Shown here piece after piece: positions 53,835 to 64,000 of a stretch of 64,000 nt of DNA (positions within the stretch are counted from its first letter, which is position 1; each line of letters starts with the position of its first letter). The notes under the pieces are model-generated. The model was not told the DNA's origin and did no database searches. It worked only from the letters and a program-made list of their open reading frames with translations. The DNA lies in the NCBI RefSeq assembly GCF_009834535.1, contig NC_045707.1, forward strand, positions 52,144,001-52,208,000, given 5' to 3'. Position numbers and translations under genes: made by a program. Source of the stretch: Camelus ferus (lineage: Eukaryota).

Positions 53835-53898
53835 TGTTGCATAACTCCAAGAACACCATTTACCTTTATAAATAGTAGTTTTTTGGAGTTGTGCACTG
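53835..53898. mobile_element. MER91-like palindromic remnant
   Basis: tgcataactccaa (53838-53850) pairs with ttggagttgtgca (53883-53895). Confidence 0.55.
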
Positions 53899-55839
53899 CT
53901 ATGAAATATGAAATTCAATTTCTCCTACCTTTTTTTTTTGCCTATTCATTGTCTTGTTTCTTAGTATTAATAATTTTTATTGAGCTATGACTTACAAACA
54001 ATAAGATATATCAATTTCAAGTGCATATTTTGATGAGTTTTGATAAATGTATGAAGCCATGTAACTACTATCACAACATGATATAGAAGAGTTTCCTCAT
54101 TTTAAACAGTACTTTTTTCAGTCAATATTTCTGCTTCCACTCCTATGTTCAGCAAATAATTGATCTACTTTCTGATAGAATCTGAATTTTTTTAATTATA
54201 TTAAAAATCACAGAAATTATTTTACTCTTTGGAAGAGGCAAAACAATGTTAAATGACTTAAATTTGAGATGACTAGTCATATACATACACTCATATTCTG
54301 AAATAGTAGGTTAGTTGACGTAATGAAGTATCATGACATATGCATGTCACAACAAAAAAAGATGAATCCCTGAGATTTTATTTACATCTTCTTGTGTTTT
54401 CCTGTATTACTCTTTGTTGCTTTTATTTTTCTTATGTCTTTTCTCTTTTCTCTCTTTTGTTTATACTTGGTCTCATCACTATTTAAAGAGATCCCATTTT
54501 TTTCTAAGGAAATATTAAGGGAGACTATAAACCAAGTCTACTTAAAGCAATAAAAGTTACAATGAGATCAGACTTCTGGTCAATCCATGAGCTTATTATT
54601 GAAAGCAGTTCCATTAAATTTGTTTCTTTTTGAGCTACAACTGATGCTTGTGCAATGCAATGATTTTATGTAGTAATAAATAATAATCTCTAAACTTTTA
54701 TAAGTCTATAGACACAGTTCTTAGTACTTTAAGTTATGGCTGAGATACTTTCAGTCTTTTTTTTTTTTCACTCAGACTGGAGTGCTCAGTCACAGGTACA
54801 TAAACAGAATTCTGCTCAAAGAAAGGATGTTGTTTTGGAATCCTATTCCTGCTACAGGGTCACTATTCTACAATATCTGTTCTCCTTGGTATTATTAGTC
54901 TTTTTGTTCATTTTGTATCATTATATTTCAAGCTTATCTATTATATGAAACGGTAGTGATACAGTGGCTAAACCATCCTGTTACTAGTGCGTGATATGAT
55001 AATGTATTTAGATGAAAGCGTATTTTGTAGGTTCATGTATAATTCTTTCACTTACAACGTGTAAAGGTCTATTCTAGGCGATTCAGACGTTATCTTTTTG
55101 TCTTCTCACAATCAGTCAGGAGGGTGAATATTACCATGTCTTTCACAGGTAAGGAAAATGAGCCATAGCAACAATATGCAACTTACAAAATTTCCATATA
55201 TTCAAGCCTGTTTTTGTATCACTGTGATAAACACAGTTTTTCCTCCAGGGCTAATTGCGTTCATATATATCAGAAGAATGAGTTACATGATGAACTGTAA
55301 TCCCTGATAGCAGTTTTCATTTTATTATGTGAACATTGGATAACATAGTAAACAATACATAAAATTCAAATGAGTAATGTGAGGGAAAAAAGCAACAAGA
55401 TAGTGTAAAGGATAAAATACTACTTTATGTTTCTCCCTTTTTCTAAGACATTGATTTTGTAACTCTGCACAAAAAAGCAAGCTTTTTTTTCTCTGTCAGA
55501 ACCCCAAGAAGTTTTATAAAAAGATAGTGTAAAATGAATACAGAACAATATCTGTGCTACAATGGTGACTAAATTTATTTTGAAAAAATAAATGCATTAT
55601 TTACCCTGACAGTGTCTTCTAGAGAAGCCTTCCAGGGCTAAGTAATTATTCAAATGGCTATTTTCCTACTGCAATGTTCTAACCTTATCTCTGTGATTTG
55701 TTTTCATTATCAGGACAAAATAGACTATTGCCTTAGCAATACATTTTCACAAGCATTTCAAATTCTGTTCTAAAGAACATATATCATAATGATTGTATTA
55801 TATATTTGGTATATAAATATACACATATATATATTGAAA

Positions 55840-57410
55840 AAGTTTTATTGAAACATACACATCCAGAAAAGTGTAGACTCTTAAGTGAATAGCTCAGTGA
55901 ATTTTCATTGTGAACATCTCTGTAAGTATAACCCTAGTAGGAAAGAATATATTACTAGCATTTCAGCAAACTATTTCATACATCTTCCTAGTTATTTTCC
56001 TCAGTCAACCCCAAAAATAACAAGTAGGCTGACATCTATTAATAAATTAGTTTTGACTATTTCTGAAGCCTGTGTAAATGGAATCATACAAGAAAGACAC
56101 TGTGTGTGTGTCATCTTTTCTCAGCATGTGCAAAAGACTCACCGGTGATCTTGTGTATAACAGTAGCTAATTATCATTGATTATATTTTCTTATTTACAT
56201 GAATATTCTGAAACACATTCATCCATTTTGGTGCTGATGGACATTTGTAATTAAAAATTTTCAACTGTTGGCTATTGTTGGGAGGCAGGGTACAGCTCAG
56301 TGGTAGAGAGTCTGCTTAGCATGCCCGAGATCCTAGGTTCAATCCCCAGTACCTCCATCATAAATAAATAAATAAATAAATAAATAAACAAACAAACAAA
56401 CAAACAAACAAACAAACCTAAATACCTCCCCCTGCAAAGAACAAAGAGATCAAGTTTTTGCTATTGCAAAGAGAGCTCTCATAAACAACCTAGTGTATAC
56501 CTTTTGATGCCATATTCATATACTTTTTGAGTATAAATTCAGGATTGTAGCTGTTGGGTCATGGTGTAAGTATATTTTCAGCTTCAGTATATGCTGAAAC
56601 TTTTTCAAAGTACTTGTGCCAATTTGCTAATCTTTAAGCAGTGTATAAGTTCCACTTGTTCTACATTCTTTCCAAATCTTGAAATAATGTTTTAGGCGTT
56701 TTATTCAGTATGATGAGTATTTCCCTGTAGAGAAATACTGTTGAGCACTCCTTCCTAGGGTATTGGCCATTTGGATATCCTTTTGTGTGAAGTGCCTGTA
56801 CAAATATTTTTTGCCTTTAAACATTAGATTGATTATCATTTTCTTATTGATTTCAGTTATATTAACACATTTACTGTAAATGTTATTGCAGCATAATTGA
56901 CATAAATTGAGCTATACATATTTAAAAGTGTGCAATTTGATTAGTTTTGACATTTGTATATACTCAAGAAAGTAAAACAATCAAGATAATAAACTTGTCT
57001 GTTACCCACAAAAGGTTCCTTACGACCCTTGGCTATTCCTCACACAAGCTCTACCGCCCCTCTTTTCTAGTCTCCAGGTGACAACTGATCTGCTTTCTGT
57101 CACTGTAAATTAGTTTGCATTTTTGAGATTTTGTACGAATTAAATCATACAATATGAACTCATCCTGTTTCACTCCTTTCACTCAGCATAATTACTTAGA
57201 GATTGCATCTATATCATTGTATATATCAGTGGATCATTGCTATTGGGGAATTGTTTAATGAATATAGAGTTTTGATTTTGCAAGATGAAAAAGTGCTAGA
57301 GATGGCTATACAATAGTGAGAATATACTTAACACTATAAAACTGTATACCTAGAAATGGTTAAGATGATAAGTTTTGTGATAAGTTTTTAACACAAAAAT
57401 ATAATTTAAA
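55840..57410. mobile_element. Cluster of old L1M 3' fragments (mostly -; + piece ~57245-57410)
   Basis: gaaaagtgtagactcttaagtg...aatggaatcatac...; gagttttgattttgcaagatgaaaaagt...gaatatacttaacacta. Confidence 0.7.
56278..56449 (+). mobile_element. tRNA-Ala-derived SINE (vic-1-like) with (TAAA)n(CAAA)n
   Basis: gggtacagctcagtggtagag...ttagcatg...ggttcaatccccagtacctcca...aacctaaatacctccccc; degenerate TSD tcaa...gctattg. Confidence 0.9.
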
Positions 57411-57419
57411 AACTCTTTT

Positions 57420-58300
57420 GTTTTTAGCTTAAACAATTGGTGAATTTTACTAAAATTAAAAAAGAAAACTAGAGAAAATTGAGATTTGCCAAGACATGGT
57501 AGAATCAGTTGTTTTGCTTTGGCCATGTTTGAATTTTAAAAATGCCTGCTTGACAGCCAAGAACTGAGATCAGTAAGCAGATGGAGAATGGCATTTGGAG
57601 TACAGTGGAGAGGTCAGGCTGCAGATATAAATTTGGTAGTCAAAAGGATATAGATAATAATTAAAGCCATGGACTTGGATGAGAACACCTACAGGGCAAG
57701 TGTAGATTGAGAAGAGAAAGGAGTCCAGGACCAACCAGCTTGTATTCCAAACATATTATTCAGGCAGAGGGTGAGAAGCCAGAAAATGAACCTATGATTA
57801 AAAGACCTGCAAGTTATGATAAACATCATATGCATGTGGCATCACTAAAGCCAAGAGTAAACAATGTTTCAAGAAGGAATTAGTTAACTGGCTTCAGACA
57901 CTATTGAGTTGTCAAGAAAGATGAGATTTATTTTAATGGATTGTGAGTATGGATATTCTATAAGAATAAGTTGAGAAGGAATTGAAAAATGAGAAAGTAG
58001 ATCTTTTGAGGTATTTTTGAATGAATAAGTATGTTGATATGAGAGACAAATGGGTTGGTGGGAGGGTTTTATCTTTAAATACAGGGAAATGTTAAAGCAG
58101 GATTTTAAATGATGGGAATGATTCAGTGCAGAGGGAGTAAATGATGTGAATGAGAAGCATTAGCATGAGAAAGTTCCTTGAACTCCAGAAGGGTTCACAG
58201 GTAAAGTTCAAAGGAGTTTGGTAGATCAGTAGGGTGGATTAGGAGAGTTGGGAGCTCCTGTACAGTGGCTACTATTTTCTCAGTGAGGAGAACGTAAGGC
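57420..58300 (-). mobile_element. L2 LINE fragment
   Basis: ggagaggtcaggctgcagatataaatttggtagtca...taaagccatggacttggatgagaacacc. Confidence 0.75.
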
Positions 58301-58641
58301 AACACTACCCATTACAATTAGGAAGACTGAAAATAACATAAAGAAAAGGAAAATGTTTATCTTGTTCACTGTTGTATCCTAAGAACTTAAAGAATCTGTT
58401 ACCTAGTAGATACTTAATAGGTAACTCTTAAATTTTAAAAAAAAATGTTTTAAATAAAATCACAAGGAATTACCTTTTCAAAGTTAATTTGCTAATTTTT
58501 TCTAAAATTCATTAGGCCTAGGAAGAGATCTTTGAGCTCCTCTATGTATCACAGCTGCAAGTACATGATAGTAATTCTCTAGATGTTTATTCCCCATTTC
58601 AAATCAGCAAACTGAATCACATAAACTTGTTTTGTTAAATT

Positions 58642-59407
58642 GTTTCTTTTTTAAATTGAAGTATAGTTGACTTACAAAATTATATTAGTTTCAGGTGTAC
58701 AACATAGTGGTTTGCTATTTTTATAGGTTTTACTCTATATAAAGTTATTATAAAATATTGGCTATATTCCCTGTGCTGTACATTACCTCTTTGTAACTTA
58801 TTTTATACCTAGTAATTTGCACCTCATAATCCCCTTCACCTATCTTGCCCCTCTGCCCACCCCTCTCCCCTCTGGTAACCACTAGTTTGTTCTTTGTATC
58901 TGTGAGTCTGTTTTTGTTTTGTTACAGTTGTTCATCTGTTTTAATTTTTAGCTTCCACACATAAGTGAAAACATACAGTATTTGTCTTTCTCTGATTTAT
59001 TTCATTAAGTGTAATACCCTCTAGGACCATCCATTTAGTTGCAAATGGCAACTTTTCATTCTTTTTTGGCTGAGTAATATTCCATTGTGTATATATACCA
59101 CATCTTTATCCATTCTTCTGTTTCTTAGATTGCTTCCATATCTTGGCTATTGTAAATGATGCTACTGTGAACATTGGGGTACATACATCATTTTGAATAG
59201 TGTCACCTCACACCTGTCAGAATGACTATCATCAAAAAGACAAGAAATAAGTGTTGGCAGGGATATGAAGAAAAGGGAACCCTAGTATACTGTTGGTAGG
59301 AATGTAAATTGGCACAGCCTCTATAGAGAATAGTATGAAGTTTCCTCAAAAAATTAAAAATAGAACTACCACATGATCCAGCAGTTTCATTCCAAAGAAA
59401 CTGAAAA
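58642..59407 (-). mobile_element. L1 3' end with 5' inversion
   Basis: Antisense tail aattgaagtatagttgacttac... to ~59202, then sense cacctcacacctgtcagaatg...gaaactgaaaa. Confidence 0.9.
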
Positions 59408-59439
59408 TTCAGACTGTTTTTTTCAATCTTGGAAATAGT

Positions 59440-59655
59440 GTTTTAGAAGAAGTGGTTTAAGACGTAGTTGAACAACATTAGAAGGTCCTACCACTAAGAA
59501 TTTACTACAGTAGTTTGTCAAATCTTTTCTCTTTTGTGAGCCTCAGTTTTCCCATGTGTAAAATGGAGAACATTAATACCCTCTTCACTATTCTGATGAA
59601 AGAATTAAATAAGAATATGTTAGTGGAAAATTTTATTACGGCAAATGTTACATAA
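59440..59655 (+). mobile_element. MIR SINE
   Basis: tgagcctcagttttcccatgtgtaaaatggag...aattaaataagaatatg. Confidence 0.75.
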
Positions 59656-61025
59656 TAAGGCAGATTTTAGTTCACTGATAATCAGCCTTAGAAAAAAAAA
59701 GTATAAAGGGCGTGTTTCTCCACACTCGAAGGTTATCCCTCTGTTTTTCTAGAGGAGCTGTATACGTTATCCCTCTGTAGTATTCTGAATTATAGTCAAA
59801 ATCTTTAAATGGCACTGACATCCACAAATAAAAATAAGGAATTTTCAAGTCTTTAGGTTTTTAAAGATGTTGCTTTAAAAGGTTCAACAACACATAGAAT
59901 TTTACACTTGTAGAATACCTAGATTTTTACTTGCTTCTGGAAGACACATCTTATAAATTGTCATAATCTGTTGTTTTTAGAGATTTATATAATCATAATT
60001 TGTATAATCACAAATTGCTTTGATATACTTGTTTAGCATGTATGATAAAAAAAAAAAGCTACCAGATATAAAAATCAAAAAAAAAAAACACCAAAAAACC
60101 CCAAATACCCATAGCATTAATTTATATTTTTTAAATGGCAGCACTGCTGATAACTGTTAACCAGCCTTTATACACTTGGGAAGCAAGGCAAAGGTCACAT
60201 ACTCACGTAGTTGTCAGATCAATGTATTGCTCAGATTATTGTAAGAAATGATACAATTTGAGGCTGTGTTTTTCATTGAGGCTAATTTTTTAACCTAGTT
60301 CACTTTTTCTTGATAACAGGAACATTCCACTCATAGTTACAATCAGTTAATGCTCCCATAAAAATTAAATGTTTAAAAATAAGGAAAAAGTCCAGACTGT
60401 ATAACTCCTTCATTACTCCCATAAGAATTAAAGGATGTGGTTGTATTTGGACCCCTTTGAAAGTTTGGGCAAAGGAACAGTGGAATATTTAAGCCGTAGA
60501 AATGCAACATAGTTGGTCTCAGACTCCAGGGTATGTTGTAGGCATTATTGATGTGGCTCCCATGCAAAGTAGAGATATGGAATTGTCACTTTCATCAAAT
60601 AATGAAAGTTACCTAATAATACTGATAACTCATTGTCCTATAAATAACGGATTGAATATTGTCAAACTTAAAAATAAAGACATACAGATACAGACATATA
60701 GAGAAAAGTAAAGTATTGGATGACATCATCTTGATTTAGACAGCTTTTTTTTTTTTTTTTTTAAGTCTTGAACCACACTTTCTGAACCCAAAGGTACTGA
60801 CATGGTAGTAGAACTCACAGTCACAAATTCAGGGTTTCTTTAAACATGTTAATGTCAGCAATGTATAGAGAAAACCAAACAGCAAGTGTTGAAAGTAGAA
60901 ACGTAATTGGCCTGTTTGGAAAAAGTCTACTAGAGTAACAGTGACCAGATTCAACATGCAAGTGCCATCATGATGAATGTTTACAACACTTTTTTGAGAG
61001 CCAATTATACTGTTTTTTTGTGCAG

Positions 61026-61136
61026 GGACTGGAGATCAGCCAGATCAGTTGTATGCACAAAGCCGCTTTGGGTCTGTCTTTTCAAACAAGAGCTGCAGAA
61101 AACGTTATAGCAAGGTTGAAGCTTTATTCCACTCTG
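61026..61136 (+). other. Candidate spliced internal exon, 111 bp (host gene unidentified)
   Basis: ctgtttttttgtgcag|G acceptor and CTG|gtaaga donor; length divisible by 3; two open frames; no repeat recognised nearby. Confidence 0.4.
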
Positions 61137-62900
61137 GTAAGAGAAGCTTTCTTTTTTCTTTGCTATGGTGAGAGTTTGATAAGAAATCCTTTTAAGCCAT
61201 AATGTGGTTAGGGAGAAGTGAAGCTGTTCTATGTTACAAGTCATAAAATGTTTTCTTTTCTTTTGAACTGTTTTTTCATGATGCTTTTTGCCTGTACATT
61301 ACAGTGAAATAAAACTGGAACACTAAGTCATACTGCACATGTTAAATTTGTACTGGAGGTAGGGGAGTCTTAAATTCCTCTTTTGCTGAATGAAATGTCG
61401 TGCTATTGTATGTTTTTTACTGTAGATCTCCCTGTCAGGACAGAAGGGAAAAAGTCAGTATTCTGATACCGTGGCTGAGAGAGAATCCATGTGTTTAAGA
61501 TTTCCCCTGACCAGGGATGTTATGAATGCTCAGCAGCTCACCACCATAAAGCTTCAAGAACCCAACCAAATTTTGCCTTTGGGTTTACTTGCAGGCATCT
61601 CTGATCACTGTAGCTTCCTTTCATTTTAAAAATTAGAAAAGCTGGAGATAGTAATTCTGGATGAGTTTGTCTGCTTATGGCTTTTGTCACTTTAGCTCTA
61701 AATAATATAATGGTACACATATATATAAAATACAAGATTTTGTTTTTCACATACATTTCTTTGACCTGTAATGTGCTTAAATATTTCCGTATAAATGTCT
61801 ACCTGTTAGAAACTCTACCTGAATTCGTATCTGTCTAAAATAACAGGAAATGGTTGAGAATATAAATATATATGTGTATGCACAATTAATTTTAGATAAT
61901 GGCAGATTTCTACATTAGACTAATGTAATCCCTGCCAAAGCTTATCATTTTAAGTTTGCATTTATATAGTTTTTCATTTTCTTGGTAAGCGTTTGTTCAG
62001 AAAATGATGATGCAAAATCAAAAAGACTTTACAGCCAATCAGCTGCATTGAACTTGAACACTAAATCTGTTTTTTAAAGTGAACTTGTCTGTAGTTTTCA
62101 GTAGCTCAATTACATATGGGATTTCATAGATAGATAGGTAGATCCATAAGAGATTTGAATATAAATCTTTTTAGGAATTTATCCTACAGTAGTATTCCCA
62201 GCTTCAAAGGTATTAGCAGCTGGCAGTATTCAGTCTAAAAAAATCACTAATAAATATTCATGTTTATTTGATCATTTTAATAAGTATTTATTAACTATCT
62301 ACCTTACTAAATATTTCAAGGAGAAGAAATATGTAGCTTATAAAAGAAATGTAATGTGTAATATCTCTTCAGATTTAAGGATGATTCAACAGATGTACTT
62401 GAAAATTGTTTATAATGAGGTTTTAGCTAAGGATAAATCCTTAAGAGTATCTTACATGCAGAGTCAGGAACAGTCAAGGACAACAATGAATGCAATGAGA
62501 ATAAATTTTTAAGGTTAAAAAATAATTCCACCCTTTAATATATGAGCCTGAAAAACTGTAACAATGCCATTTTCCCTTTTACCCTCTTCTAAATAATGCG
62601 TACATTTAATACAACCCACTGAAAGAAATATAGACAGCCTTGCCCTTGAAAGACAGTCTGATCTAAAGAGGAGCTGAAGAAAAAAAATTATATCACCTGA
62701 GTCCATATAGTTAAAATAGTAAGAATAATTAAGTTAATACCTTGTGATTTCTTAGAGTGCTTGTCACCCTTTTAGGCACCTGCAGCAGGCAACAACAGCA
62801 GCAAAAAGCCCAGTTCCCTTAATTTCTACCTTTCTCAATTTTGAAATTAATTTCAGATGCACAAAAGTATTTTTCTAGGACAAGAGCCATGTTTAATGGT

Positions 62901-62909
62901 ATATATGTA

Positions 62910-62950
<41 letters not shown>

Positions 62951-62956
62951 TTATAT
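62901..62956. repeat. (TG)n(TA)n microsatellite
   Basis: Directly visible. Confidence 0.95.
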
Positions 62957-63489
62957 TTTCCTTTCATTATTACCTTTGCCTTTAGAAACTACACTTGTTA
63001 TCTCTCTCCCCCGCACACACAGACACACATACACACACACATTATTTCACAGGACAGGAAAGGGAAGCAAGTATAGATAGCACTTGTGCCCCCTGATGAG
63101 TGTGGTCCAGTAGGACCTACCAGAATGTTTTACCTACAAGCCTTTACTTTTATTATTTATGCCGAGAACATGGTTTTTCTATTGTCTCATGTCCAGCTTT
63201 TATATGTCCTTTATGGGTCAGAATAGAGGCCATTTTATATCATGGTGTCTTCCCAGCACGCCTCATGCCCCAGTCCAGCAAAATGATCTCTTCTCTTTTG
63301 AAACATTCTTGTCACTTTGTCGTTGTGGCGAAAAGACTGAAGTTGAGGAACAGCATATAAATGTTTCTCTTCATAACTACAAAGACGATTTGACACCTTT
63401 GTCACACAGTCCCTCCCTCTGGACGTTGTTTCAGGAATCTGCTTTTTTAAAAGTTGCTTGTTAGAAAATTATTTTATATTTCTTTGAAA

Positions 63490-64000
63490 ATTTCCTTTGC
63501 CTTCCTTGCCCACCTGCTTTTCTTACAGCTGATGATCTTGCCTTCCATTTCCTAGAGAAAATAGAAATCATCTGGTGAGTTCACCCCGTTCTTTTGCCCC
63601 CAAGTCTAAAAGCTTAGTTCAGTCTACGCCATCCCTCTCTTCCGTCCACCTTTTATGGTGGGAGGAAACACCCAAACTTGAATCCATGCTCAACTTCTCC
63701 TCTCCTGTGAGTTCTCAGGTATTCACGTCCACCTCTCTGTTCTCCATTCCTAATCATCAGCTTTATTTTCTCCGTAAGATCCTTCCTACTTGTGTTAACT
63801 TAAGTACATACCTACCAATCTGTGGTAGGACTGGCACGTTCCCTTGAAGATCCATCCATATTCCTGCCACTCTTCACAAACTGCTCAGAGTTTTTTTTTC
63901 TCCTCCAGACGTCATTTTCATGACCCCGTCTGCCTCCAGTTCTCTCTAATCTTACTCCACCTTTGTGACTCTTTCGAACTTTCTCAGGAAACCGTGTGGC
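63490..64000 (+). mobile_element. L2 LINE internal fragment
   Basis: cagctgatgatcttgccttccatttcctagagaaaatagaaatcatc; pyrimidine-rich L2 sense body. Confidence 0.6.

Noticed and set aside
55397..55533. 13-bp direct repeat aagatagtgtaaa 124 bp apart
   Set aside because: No poly(A) or TE signature between the copies; A-rich and plausibly chance.
56284..56358. tRNA-Ala-like gene (also ~25000 and ~19705)
   Set aside because: Mutated stems, A-rich tails and TSDs indicate SINEs, not tRNA genes.
60968..61060. Box C motif atgatga suggesting a C/D snoRNA
   Set aside because: No box D (CTGA) or terminal stem at a suitable distance.
1..64000. Prokaryotic systems (CRISPR arrays, operons, rRNA, IS elements)
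   Set aside because: Sequence is clearly mammalian; no repeat-spacer array or gene-dense coding structure is seen.

Overview
AT-rich, CpG-poor mammalian nuclear DNA that is intronic or intergenic and dominated by interspersed repeats (L1 3' ends, L2, MIR, MaLR/ERVL LTRs, MER5/MER20/Tigger-type DNA transposons). Three tRNA-Ala-derived SINEs resembling vic-1 point to a camelid genome. No ORF in the supplied track looks like a real protein, and no multi-exon gene can be assembled. There is one well-formed 111-bp candidate internal exon (61026-61136, +). The main signal is a 312-bp CpG-dense insertion (47753-48064, about 28 CpGs by hand count) with a perfect 5-bp target-site duplication, sitting inside an old MLT1 LTR and carrying NRF1/ETS/CRE/PAR-bZIP/YY1-like motifs. 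It looks like a young solo LTR or a portable promoter. Also present are an orphan polyadenylated mRNA-end retrocopy (about 52516-52700), a probable L1 3' transduction (6134-6432), 5'-inverted L1 insertions and a triple-nested TE. Repeat family names were recognised by eye, not by database search. Boundaries are approximate unless a TSD is given.
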